From an uncultured virus (IMG/VR IMGVR_UViG_3300023117_001979) (taxonomy: Duplodnaviria > Heunggongvirae > Uroviricota > Caudoviricetes), in the IMG/VR virus record IMGVR_UViG_3300023117_001979: DNA of 64,000 bases; one strand, given 5' to 3'. Made by a program: the position numbers and the translations under genes. Within the stretch, counting starts at the first letter, position 1. Each line of letters begins with the position of its first letter. Under the pieces are notes generated by a model. That model made no database searches. It was not told the origin of the DNA and saw only the letters and a list, made by a program, of their open reading frames with translations. Below, piece after piece: positions 38,801-47,444 of the stretch.

Positions 38801-39332
38801 TGAGCAACTTGAAGAAGATGCTAAGCAATTAGGGAGGGCACTAGGCAAAGAGCTTCTTCACGCTCCTAAAGCTAGTAATGACGCCAGCGACATGCTGTAC
38901 CAATTAGTCGAAAAGGACATTTCAGAAGCTGATAAAATTAAAGAAATCGACTCAAAGATGGGTAGCAAGAATTTTTCATCTTCAAAAGGTTTCAGCAAAT
39001 TAGAAAGAAGCCCAGTGAGGTCAAACCCGGCTTCTTCAAATTCTAGGTGGAATCAGCGCACTAAAGAATACCGCAAAGAATACCAAGAGTGGCTAAAAGA
39101 ACCCGAACCTAAGCAAAGCTGGAAAGCCCATGCTCTCAAAAGGTACGAAGCATGGGAAATTCCACTACTCGAAAAAGGCAGGCAGTTTATGGACGCTGAG
39201 GATAACTTCCTCTATTCCGATTCCGAAGAAGCAATAATACATGGTCGCTTCCCATCACTTGACGGGGAAGACGAAGGCCACATTTTTTCGGTCATTACCT
39301 TAGGAGATGATGATGATGAGTTCGAGAGTTGA
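35814..39332 (+). CDS. AEP (primase-polymerase)-like domain fused to an ATP-dependent DNA ligase (LigD-like architecture), plus NP-delimited C-terminal modules
   Basis: WFDIDNP and MFTGRNYQIW (AEP-like); PKLDG (ligase motif I), VTGEIV (III), FVIHDVL (IIIa), EGLVV (IV), YKIKR (V), OB-fold VDPKVVVEIEYE; LENP, RTNP, RSNP linkers. Confidence 0.8.
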   Translation: MELGPLLEEFERYAKNSYIANIKLGVPDIKEFLLQFFTRRTFFINGIMYYGASSKLDGEPRFVFTEPDYTTDDYIEAVLPELIQLYTNAYGAPSDTPFSKEWSPKPFKAETEREKQQAAIMKERIMEYNQRTLPFRLSKTMYHPISTVWFSSSSGTVGTKGKVGEVTITSQEEIEEFIDSTSFYSLVGGKDASLRDLWFEALNDEKSNPKFGWFDIDNPADLSEKEHKEVVSKISKMLSEADRKHIIMFTGRNYQIWFAPKKGERFDYAMDVKTIVEGYGAKAGALVGNGTAYRNKAVANGKIWVDTGVYKKNQKLGFFFGMHFKPGRLEDSTGLVRVPVKRSELSAFDPLVDAHPENVLLRFDELKARVDMFCQEVELGEGFPYKDRGYPCYRSARGNNDTKNPLAKRLEEWKKPKMKEFSKSVAGEEVLQHESITVMPKLDGWLGGMAFNISGGFKVNGQDLDGLQEIEGMIQSIQTEKQRALMCTKGGIFSWDSYLTHAFENACRSIGVTEAIVTGEIVTYNDLGKVAGREGVASVLNRQEAEPVNKVSTHDTHDFRKLKFVIHDVLSLDGSDVSRDIPIAQRLALFSEVSNDRISVIPHEVVTEDLFTNFEALWKKHVQEEQNEGLVVYGGGKRYKIKRRYTLDAAIIGIDTDAKHWQDQKEMLSTVIVAVSKNTGKGPTFFAFQRIGNFRLPDEVRKDLFHKVLGDRKNEEWSRNSFANVLPYENKQNPNIYWVDPKVVVEIEYESLGNETKPAFMFYREQVQKSTADSRSLERGYRLSPIVKPAASRRLKGPPVILSERMDKSTFNPVDISHEQAEGAGGLQISSKVTKIASEELENPSKIKVTHVRTNPMYGYARGPRWIAGGGMSESSPTEAFRLGTHKGPGHISFDDVKLTMEQEFIEPLRDVPGATTRGKSGWQPNYKPIWDQARQHPQTGVNFYPEMTGMAFSSADAIFDERGPNIPGGRKGIIESQSSKYSLKRLLSDEYHHGGEQLEEDAKQLGRALGKELLHAPKASNDASDMLYQLVEKDISEADKIKEIDSKMGSKNFSSSKGFSKLERSPVRSNPASSNSRWNQRTKEYRKEYQEWLKEPEPKQSWKAHALKRYEAWEIPLLEKGRQFMDAEDNFLYSDSEEAIIHGRFPSLDGEDEGHIFSVITLGDDDDEFES

Positions 39333-42300
39333 AATTATTCTCGACAACACACCATTTCCAGGTGCAGGTCAACAAATTGGCGGCTACGAGGTAATAGAGT
39401 CAATGCTTGACATAGATGGTAAAAACTGGGCAGTGTACTTGAAAGGTAAGTTAAACCAAGCCCAAGCTAAATTGGCCTTGAAAGACCTCACAAACAAGCA
39501 CCATGTACTCCCAGTACAGGATGAATTTAGTTTGGTTTCTTTCAAGTCCAAAGGAATGCTGCATGCCCGCACTAATCCGCCTGGGGATGTTACAGTAGTT
39601 AGAGGACATATGTACTATGCCCGCCCTAATCCAATTACTACTTCAGACTTTCATAATGAAATGAATGAAATGCTAATAGATAACCCTGAGAAGCACTTCA
39701 CAAGGTATACGGTAAAGACTACTGAGCAACTTCACGACCGCTTGTGGAAAGGAGTAAGCTATGCCGGTGAATCCTATGGGTGGAAAAGGGGTGACGACCT
39801 TTGGCACCGTCGCGCCTCTTTCATTATGCCTAAAATTAAAATTAACAAAGCACTGGAAGGTGCTACGATGTTTTACCATACACACCCAGCAAAAGACGAG
39901 CCAAGTTTGACTTCTGCTGACGATATTCAGTTTTACTTAGACTTGCACTTTGCTTGGGGGATAAAGAGCTTTTACACTATTATGAAGCATAAGCTCGACC
40001 ACTTTACTATAACTAGTAAAGCAGGTGGGAAAGAAAAATACCTCCGAATGGAGGAAGAGGCATTCATAGATACTGTTGATGGTATGATTGAAGAAGGAGA
40101 AAAAGTGGCCAAAAAGGAGGTGGGGAACGATAGGCCTGAGATTGAATTTCAAAACAGAATTACCAAAGAAATGGTTGACCTGTTCAATAAGAAGTTCAAA
40201 TCAATTGCAAAGATTTCCTTTCGTCCCAAGGCCAAGAACCCAGCCAGCAAACTTGCTCGAAAACCTTCCAACAACCCCATCGCCGCACTCGTTAACCCAG
40301 CACCAAATCCACCAATCAAAGTCGACGATAGGTTCGTGGCAAAGGCTCTAGATGAGCTAAAGGGACTAGACTATGCTCATGAGCATTACGGGGCTGATGA
40401 ATATGGTCATACAATGTATGTGTACTGGTGGCTTAAGCATCATCTAGCTCCTACTACTCAATTTCCTAAAGGGCGCCTTTGGAAACTAAATGAATACGGT
40501 ATGGATAGTGACACGCGCAAAAAGTTGAGAGCCTACCTATCGCAACCAGTACTTGGTAATTACAACTACATGGATATTGTTTACCTGTTAGCTCTTTACC
40601 ACGACATAGCTAAGCTCCGAGAAAAAGGAGTCAAAGAAACTGGCTGGGAAATAGGAGCAGAAATGTTCCGTAATGAGATTGGCCCTGAAATTGGTCTGCC
40701 CTCTAAGCTAACTGAAGATATTGCATTTTTACTTGACACTGATGTAGGGCGTAAAGGAATCACTGACAAAGACTTCTTGACTCAAGCAGGGGACTACTAC
40801 GGCGCTAGTAAGCTACTCCATATGGCTGACATGATTACCCACCACCCAACTATGTACAAAGGTGGAGATAGCATGAAGCAAGAGCTGATGGTAAATTTCA
40901 TTGACCAGCTAAGAGATTTCCTTGACCACCACTATGTTATTCCCAACCCACCTCCACAAGTGGCTACGCTAAAGTGGGTGGCCGATTACGGAATTAGTGA
41001 CCTTTATTATGAAGAAGTTGACGAGTTACTAGGCGTGTTCCACCAAAGCGTAGTACCTGATAATGACGGTAAAACAAAAAGCGCAGAAGACCGAAGCTCA
41101 GGCGGTCACCTTTACCGCCTGCGGTTTAATTCATCACTAGTACCAGGACTTACACGCTATTATGCTGGTAATCTTGCATTAAGCTCAAGCAAGCTAGTAA
41201 TAGATGTAGGCGCCCCTGTTCCTGATGACTTAGGAAAGGCAGATGCTAACTTGATTTACCGAGCAGTAGGAGAGCGATTGAAAGAATCATACCCCGAATT
41301 AGTAATTGAAGAAGTCGAACCGGAGTCACTAGTAAACCCCCGACACGCAAATAAAATTCAAGTGATTTCTATTAGTGGCCCTTCAGGTGGTGGAAAGAGT
41401 ACAGTACTTCGCTACTTGAATAAACACATTCCTGATTCAAGCACCCCACCTACTTTCACTACTCGCCCCAAGCGCCCAACAGATGGTGCTGACCGAAGGT
41501 TTGTTTCAAAGACTACTTTCAAGAAGATGATAGAACAAGGGCAGTTTGTTGAATATACCGTAAGTGGCGCTGGACACTACTATGGTAGGAGGTTCAAAGA
41601 CTTCTATGGCAAGGTTGCTATCATCGAAGTTTCTCTAGACGGCAAGAAGCACTACGAAAGTCGTTTTGCAAATGTGTTTAGTGTATATCTAGACCCTGAC
41701 CCATCTATTACAGAAGAGGAACGAGCAAAGGCAATTTACAAGCGCGGAGGACTAACTAAAGAAGAAGCTAAGCGTCGTGCAAAGATAGCAACAGAAACAG
41801 TTGAGCGTTCTAAGAAAATGCAATTCGATTTGCGCGTTACAATGATGAAAGGTAAGTATGAAGATGGCGCTAAGAAGGTTCTATCAGAAATACCACTAGT
41901 CAATCCAGCATCTACATTCATGCTTTTAGAAGAGCCATTCCGACCAGCACAACTAGACTTAGATGGGAACCTTTTACCATTGACCCCACTTCAGTTAAAC
42001 CGAAACGCACAAATTCGAACATACAATACACGACAGCAAGACGCCTATAATGCAGGCACCCATATTCCTTGGACAATGGCACATAGAAGTGATTTTCCAG
42101 TGAACGCTATTTTACCCCCAGCATGGTTTCACGACTTAGTGAAAGGAGTAAAGTATGGATTAGTGCCTGCTAACATAGTTAATACAGTTGCCCCCATTGA
42201 ATCATGGGGTAATCCTTCAAAGAAAGAGCTATTCGATTGGTTCGAAGACTGGGTTAAACTAGTCAACATGAAGAACAAGGAACTCAAAACTTTCCTTGAC

Positions 42301-45285
42301 TCAGACTGGGGCAAAGTAGCAGGGCTTTCACCTCAAGAAGCAAAGGACTGGAACAACATCAAGAGTGGCAGAGTCAGTGGTCGTCGCATTCTCAAAATGC
42401 GTAAAAAATTAGGCCTAACTGGCCCAAAGGACTACATTGACCCTAACAAACCTAGAATCCTAGAAGACTACTATGAGAAAGCACTCAACAACTGGACTGG
42501 TCCAAGTGACGATATGCAGAAGGGTGAAACTGACTGGGACTGGTGTAAGCGTCAAGTACGATTCAACAAGCGCTTCATGGGTGATGTATTCGGTGAACGC
42601 AAAGGGCCACTTGTCAGAAAACAAAAGACACAAAATCAACCTTCCCGTCGTTTGCTTTCTCTTTGGGTTTGGGGCCACGACCCCTGGCGCTACGCACGAA
42701 AGGTCGAGAAGCGCGAGCGAATGCCTAAGTGTCCTAGTGTACCTTGGGTAGGAATGACCGAGAAGCGCAAGTGGGGAGTAATCGAAGTCATTCCTGGGCC
42801 TAAGAACAAACCAAAGAAGAACCCAGCATGGCCCGAAGAGTGGCAGAGTAATCCGTATGTGACCCTCATTGAGCCCTGGACAGGCATGGAGGTCATGATT
42901 GATGAAGAGATAGCTCCACTTATTCAGGCGATGTGGGGCAAAGATATTCAGACCATTAACAGCAATCAAGCGACAAGTAGTTGGGGCTACATTGCCGTTA
43001 AAGGTAGCTTTGACAAAATTAAAGCTGTGGTACCTGAAATGGAGCTTCATCAACCAGCCATGCAAGTAGAAGTTGACCACGGAGTTCAGACAGCATTGAC
43101 AGAGAAAGCAAAAAATGACTTTAGGAGCAAAGGCTACATCGCTTTGGTCAATGTAAAGAAAGGAGCCTTCTCAGAACATCCAATTATGGGGCCCATGTGG
43201 GACACTGACTATCTCATACTCTTCACAAAGGAAGGACAAAATGCACTTCACACTGCTTTCGGTATTCCACTACCTAACCCTATGGTACGAGTCAAGAAAG
43301 ACGAGTATCGCTCTTACTTCATGGATGAAGAAGGAAATGATTTGACTTCTATTCCATTTGAAAGCGTCAGCTTCACCGCAGGCCAAAATGTAGCTAACTT
43401 TGGAGAACCCATGACAAGGAAAGAGGCATTAACTGAGCGGGAGGGAACCTGGTGGAGAGTGAATGTTTCCGCATACAAAGGCCGAAAACCAATTATTGAA
43501 GTGGCTCCAATTAAGCATTTTACAAGCCCTGGAGAATATAATAGGTTCGTGACCAGGGGGCGTACCTTTTACAAAAATTTCTCTATGGAGGGACCAGTGT
43601 TCCCTACAATGCTTACTCACATGGCACAAGAGCCATCAGCTATCTTGATAGTACAAGGGGACTTGAAGAGTTTTGGCGAAGAAGAATTAAGGTCTGACAT
43701 TACTGATTGGAAAGGAGTCAGTAAAGGTGAAGGCAAGCTTCCTGTTTACGAAAGCGGCGAAATAGTCGCAGTGGATTCTGAGCAACTGATGGTTACTTTC
43801 ACTCCTGTTAAAAACGAGCTAAGGGTAGAGGCACACATCGTAAATCACACCAAGAATGTTAGTGAACAAGTCTCTGTGCTAAGGTTGGAAGATAGGGGAG
43901 ACCATTACTGGCTTCACGAAATTCAGGTTTCGCCAGAACACCGAGGACAAAATTGGTTTAGGTGGGGGGTAGAAACAATGTTGTTCAACTTGGTCGACCG
44001 AATCCCTGACTACCCTAACAAAAAGCCTGTCCGTACACTAGCACGAGTAGTCGAAGGTATTCCACAAAAAGAGCTAGTTAGAGTCCTTGAAGAAACTGGG
44101 TTCAAGAAGATAGAAGAAGTTGATGGCGGGGTTTTGATGGAATTCGATTACCACTTATTCGAAGAGGTCTTTGCTAACCCATCCCACACTCCTTCTCGCT
44201 CTAATCCACCAACGCCCCATGACGGGGACGCTATCATCACAGTAAATGAAGTACCCTGGGGCACACAAATAATTGCAGAATGTCCATTTGATGGAACAAA
44301 GTGGGCAGTGGACTCATCAATGGAAGATGCTTGTAACCATATTTACCCTGAATGTGGCCATGTTCTAAGAATCAATCCTGACAAGCCATGTTGCTGTGAA
44401 AACTCAGAACATCCACCAACACACCCCGACCACTGGCCCAATACTCGTGATAACCCCCCCATCATTCCGATTCACCATGCCTACCATGCTACCCCAACGC
44501 GTAATGTGCCATCAATCATGAAAGAGGGGCTCCGTTTGTCTCACTATGAAAGAACAAAAATCGAGCCCGCCGTGTATCTGACCTATACCGAAACGCAGGG
44601 GCGAAAGATGGCAAAATGGAGGGAAGAGAAGAGCGGGGAAGAGCACACTGTTCTCAAAATCGACCTCGCCACCTTCACGAATGAGGATGTTGGTGCGGAG
44701 CCTTGGGAGTATGATTCTTTCCCGGTGTTAGACCAACGAATGAAGGAAAACATCACAAACACAAACCAACTGATGATAACCCGACCTATCCCCCCTGAGT
44801 TTATCGAGGTCTTGGAGAGAGTAAACCCTCGTACAAAGAAGGGTCGTAAGTTTCCTAGTAAGTACCTCAAAGGTCTAACCGCTACGGAGAAAGCTATTGC
44901 CAAATACGAAATAGACAAAGGCTACGAATACAGCATGGATGACCCTGAAGCATACAAGTTTTGGAAGTCTGACATTAAAGCAAAGGCGAGGGGCATGGAA
45001 ATTCTCCCCTCTAAGTGGCGAAACAAGTTTGCTCGCAAGTATGGACCTCTCAAAGACGGCTATGACTTCCTAGACAGAATGAGTAAAACAACGGGCATTA
45101 AGAGAAAATACCTGAAGAAAATCCAAGACAAGGGCCTAGCAGCATGGAGAATTGGACACCGACCTGGAGTAACTCAAATGCAGTGGGCTAGAGGAAGAGT
45201 GTATGCATTCGTAATGGCGGCACCTTCATCAACAGCTCCAGGTAAGCCTGACCATAAACTGGCAGTGGAAGCAGGGGTGAGATGA
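39307..45285 (+). CDS. Giant NP-delimited polyvalent protein: JAB, HD-like, guanylate kinase, DUF3140-like, GNAT-like, ADP-ribosyltransferase-like and DUF5824-like domains
   Basis: FYHTHP..SADD; LYHDIAK..HMAD; ISGPSGGGKS..TTRPKR..YYG; LVNMKNKEL..SGRRI..WGHDP; IQVSPEHRGQ; AYHATP..SIMKEGL..VYLT..IPPEFI; GLAAWRIGHRPGVTQMQWARGRV. Confidence 0.85.
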   Translation: MMMMSSRVEIILDNTPFPGAGQQIGGYEVIESMLDIDGKNWAVYLKGKLNQAQAKLALKDLTNKHHVLPVQDEFSLVSFKSKGMLHARTNPPGDVTVVRGHMYYARPNPITTSDFHNEMNEMLIDNPEKHFTRYTVKTTEQLHDRLWKGVSYAGESYGWKRGDDLWHRRASFIMPKIKINKALEGATMFYHTHPAKDEPSLTSADDIQFYLDLHFAWGIKSFYTIMKHKLDHFTITSKAGGKEKYLRMEEEAFIDTVDGMIEEGEKVAKKEVGNDRPEIEFQNRITKEMVDLFNKKFKSIAKISFRPKAKNPASKLARKPSNNPIAALVNPAPNPPIKVDDRFVAKALDELKGLDYAHEHYGADEYGHTMYVYWWLKHHLAPTTQFPKGRLWKLNEYGMDSDTRKKLRAYLSQPVLGNYNYMDIVYLLALYHDIAKLREKGVKETGWEIGAEMFRNEIGPEIGLPSKLTEDIAFLLDTDVGRKGITDKDFLTQAGDYYGASKLLHMADMITHHPTMYKGGDSMKQELMVNFIDQLRDFLDHHYVIPNPPPQVATLKWVADYGISDLYYEEVDELLGVFHQSVVPDNDGKTKSAEDRSSGGHLYRLRFNSSLVPGLTRYYAGNLALSSSKLVIDVGAPVPDDLGKADANLIYRAVGERLKESYPELVIEEVEPESLVNPRHANKIQVISISGPSGGGKSTVLRYLNKHIPDSSTPPTFTTRPKRPTDGADRRFVSKTTFKKMIEQGQFVEYTVSGAGHYYGRRFKDFYGKVAIIEVSLDGKKHYESRFANVFSVYLDPDPSITEEERAKAIYKRGGLTKEEAKRRAKIATETVERSKKMQFDLRVTMMKGKYEDGAKKVLSEIPLVNPASTFMLLEEPFRPAQLDLDGNLLPLTPLQLNRNAQIRTYNTRQQDAYNAGTHIPWTMAHRSDFPVNAILPPAWFHDLVKGVKYGLVPANIVNTVAPIESWGNPSKKELFDWFEDWVKLVNMKNKELKTFLDSDWGKVAGLSPQEAKDWNNIKSGRVSGRRILKMRKKLGLTGPKDYIDPNKPRILEDYYEKALNNWTGPSDDMQKGETDWDWCKRQVRFNKRFMGDVFGERKGPLVRKQKTQNQPSRRLLSLWVWGHDPWRYARKVEKRERMPKCPSVPWVGMTEKRKWGVIEVIPGPKNKPKKNPAWPEEWQSNPYVTLIEPWTGMEVMIDEEIAPLIQAMWGKDIQTINSNQATSSWGYIAVKGSFDKIKAVVPEMELHQPAMQVEVDHGVQTALTEKAKNDFRSKGYIALVNVKKGAFSEHPIMGPMWDTDYLILFTKEGQNALHTAFGIPLPNPMVRVKKDEYRSYFMDEEGNDLTSIPFESVSFTAGQNVANFGEPMTRKEALTEREGTWWRVNVSAYKGRKPIIEVAPIKHFTSPGEYNRFVTRGRTFYKNFSMEGPVFPTMLTHMAQEPSAILIVQGDLKSFGEEELRSDITDWKGVSKGEGKLPVYESGEIVAVDSEQLMVTFTPVKNELRVEAHIVNHTKNVSEQVSVLRLEDRGDHYWLHEIQVSPEHRGQNWFRWGVETMLFNLVDRIPDYPNKKPVRTLARVVEGIPQKELVRVLEETGFKKIEEVDGGVLMEFDYHLFEEVFANPSHTPSRSNPPTPHDGDAIITVNEVPWGTQIIAECPFDGTKWAVDSSMEDACNHIYPECGHVLRINPDKPCCCENSEHPPTHPDHWPNTRDNPPIIPIHHAYHATPTRNVPSIMKEGLRLSHYERTKIEPAVYLTYTETQGRKMAKWREEKSGEEHTVLKIDLATFTNEDVGAEPWEYDSFPVLDQRMKENITNTNQLMITRPIPPEFIEVLERVNPRTKKGRKFPSKYLKGLTATEKAIAKYEIDKGYEYSMDDPEAYKFWKSDIKAKARGMEILPSKWRNKFARKYGPLKDGYDFLDRMSKTTGIKRKYLKKIQDKGLAAWRIGHRPGVTQMQWARGRVYAFVMAAPSSTAPGKPDHKLAVEAGVR

Positions 45286-45767
45286 TGGAAGCACGAGAGT
45301 ACCCAAGCTATACCGTAATAGGTGTTAGTGGAAATATTGCTATTGCTACCTTATCCCATAACGAATGGGTTGAATTTGTAAACGGCCAGCTAAATGCCGA
45401 AAACCGAGAATGGTATTCAACGCCTACAATGCGCCAAGTGCATAATTTTACTGGGAGAGGTTATTTTCCAAGAGGGATTACGCTCGGTGATGAAAGTGGC
45501 GCTTTAATTGTAATAGATGGCACCTATGCTAATGATGAGCGTCTTCTTGCTCATGAGTACGGTCATGCTCTTGGACTTGGTCATACTTCTTATCCTACTA
45601 CAATGAACCCAGTTAGTCACATGAGACTGTTTGATTCAGAAGGCCTCATTCCTAAATTTAGGCAAGCATTCCCTGAACTAGCACAGGCAGTAAGAGAAAG
45701 GAAACCAATACAAATTCCCACTGCACTGCTCACAGGTGCCTTTTTGTTTTTCTTTCTCAAGGGCTAA
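45282..45767 (+). CDS. Zincin (metzincin-like) metalloprotease with C-terminal membrane anchor
   Basis: AHEYGHALGLGH (HExxHxxGxxH) and Met-turn-like TMNP; hydrophobic tail. Confidence 0.85.
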   Translation: MMEAREYPSYTVIGVSGNIAIATLSHNEWVEFVNGQLNAENREWYSTPTMRQVHNFTGRGYFPRGITLGDESGALIVIDGTYANDERLLAHEYGHALGLGHTSYPTTMNPVSHMRLFDSEGLIPKFRQAFPELAQAVRERKPIQIPTALLTGAFLFFFLKG

Positions 45768-45797
45768 GCTTTTCTTCGTCGCGTACCTGCGAGTATC

Positions 45798-46526
45798 ATG
45801 GTAGCTAAGCGGTTGCTCGATAATATCAGTCGGCGCCATACAGCAATCGTTGGACAAACTCGTTCAGGTAAGACATATGCTACTAGGTTCATTCTAAAGA
45901 AACTCCAAGCTCAAGGAATACATACTATCTTCTTTGACCCTAAGCACGATGACGATTATGCTGACTTAGGGGTAATCTGCTACACCCCTATGCAAGTATA
46001 TGCAAAGCTGCTTTCTAAAACATCTGCAATTGTTTACCGACCAAACCCGGAAAAGAACAAGAGGTTTGAAGAACTGACACGCGTCATTAACTTGACATTT
46101 GAAGTCTCAAAAACAAGGGGCTACCAAAGAATAAAGAGAGTCTTTGCTATTGACGAAGTACAATTAATGGTAAAGAAAGGTGGAAACGATGGAATTGAAA
46201 GGCTATGGACAGTAGGAGCAGGTCAAGGAATCTTAGGGCTAGCGATTACTCAGCGTATTCAGTTACTAAACGAAACAATTTGGTCTCAGTCAGAAAACAA
46301 GATTCTCTTCAAAGTCGAAGACCGACCTGAATACCTTCGTTCACGCAATCTTGACCATTATGCGGAGTTACTTCCCTTTTTCCAGGCTCCTGAAAATAGG
46401 TACTGGTTTTACGCCACCGTAGGTGACGGCGTTTGGAAAAAGCACCCTCCTGTTGGGGAAAAGGAAGAAAATACCGACAGAAAGAATAACCTAAGGCGGC
46501 TACGCTTATCACGATGGCAGTCTTAA
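45798..46526 (+). CDS. FtsK/HerA-superfamily ATPase, probable A32/P9-like genome-packaging ATPase
   Basis: IVGQTRSGKT Walker A, IFFDPK, FAIDEVQ Walker B, ITQR; 242 aa, the size of packaging ATPases of tailless icosahedral viruses. Confidence 0.8.
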   Translation: MVAKRLLDNISRRHTAIVGQTRSGKTYATRFILKKLQAQGIHTIFFDPKHDDDYADLGVICYTPMQVYAKLLSKTSAIVYRPNPEKNKRFEELTRVINLTFEVSKTRGYQRIKRVFAIDEVQLMVKKGGNDGIERLWTVGAGQGILGLAITQRIQLLNETIWSQSENKILFKVEDRPEYLRSRNLDHYAELLPFFQAPENRYWFYATVGDGVWKKHPPVGEKEENTDRKNNLRRLRLSRWQS

Positions 46527-47140
46527 TTACCATCCCGCATGGTTCCACCCCCAATGGTGATGGAGAACATAATAGCGACATAGGAGCATTAGAATTCCTT
46601 TCTTACTTAGAAGAAGCACTAAATGATATAGACATTCCTTTTACCACTCTTATAGGAAAAACAAACCGAGATATTCTAGACCTCAACAGACTTCGCGCCC
46701 ATTCACATCCATGGGTAAAAGAAGTAAGGAAAGAAATGTTAAAGGCAGAAATTCACATAGATTTGCATTCATTTCCATTTTATGAAGAGCCAACTAAAAC
46801 TAGTACAGGCTATTCACTAGATGTATGGGGGCGATTTGATGTTGTATTGTTTAATACACCTGAGATTACAGACCAAGTGTTCCTAAAGACTATTGAAGCT
46901 GAACTAGAAGAAATGAGTATAAGGACAGGAGAAGAGCAGGGTGGCTTTGAGAATTACATTAGCAATATGGCTACTGTACTATTTGACCTTCCTTCATTAG
47001 TAATAGAAATTAACGAGGCGGCTGGCCAAAATTATCCCCAGGTGGCCTCGTCCCTGGCGGTGGGAATATTGAACCACCTTGAGTACCTTTCCGAGCCGCT
47101 TCCTCTAGACGACGAGCCTCTTCCTGTTGAATACGCATAA
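46514..47140 (+). CDS. Zn-dependent hydrolase, N-formylglutamate amidohydrolase/M14 carboxypeptidase-like
   Basis: LITIPHG, DLNR, HIDLHSF, LVIEIN motifs. Confidence 0.65.
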   Translation: MAVLITIPHGSTPNGDGEHNSDIGALEFLSYLEEALNDIDIPFTTLIGKTNRDILDLNRLRAHSHPWVKEVRKEMLKAEIHIDLHSFPFYEEPTKTSTGYSLDVWGRFDVVLFNTPEITDQVFLKTIEAELEEMSIRTGEEQGGFENYISNMATVLFDLPSLVIEINEAAGQNYPQVASSLAVGILNHLEYLSEPLPLDDEPLPVEYA

Positions 47141-47309
47141 TATGAGCTACATGTTGCCTAAGTAACTGCAAAGCCCAAGCTACTGCATGGCTTCGACTTT
47201 GAAACACCCTATGCTGAATCCCTTGGTCCATGAAGTTAATATCGTTCATGTCCAGGGTAATAGAAATTGCCTGCTTCCTCAGCTTATCGCGCTCAGGGTG
47301 CCGGGCCAT
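47010..47309 (-). CDS. Ribbon-helix-helix (CopG-like) transcription regulator
   Basis: KQAISITLD...FMDQGI...FQSRSHAVAWAL. Confidence 0.7.
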   Translation of the reverse strand: MARHPERDKLRKQAISITLDMNDINFMDQGIQHRVFQSRSHAVAWALQLLRQHVAHIMRIQQEEARRLEEAARKGTQGGSIFPPPGTRPPGDNFGQPPR

Positions 47310-47444
47310 TAGTAAGGGGCATTATGTCTATGGTTATGATACTTGGGATAGTAAAGTAAAGTATCTATCTATGTGATTCTATCATATACTATCACAGGGG
47401 CCTTTATACCCTAGTGCTCGATGCCCCTAACACAGGTGGCGGAA

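Noticed and set aside
22185..45285. Alternative genetic code or stop-codon readthrough
   Set aside because: Long ORFs are intact under the standard code, and TAA, TAG and TGA all terminate genes at sensible operon junctions.
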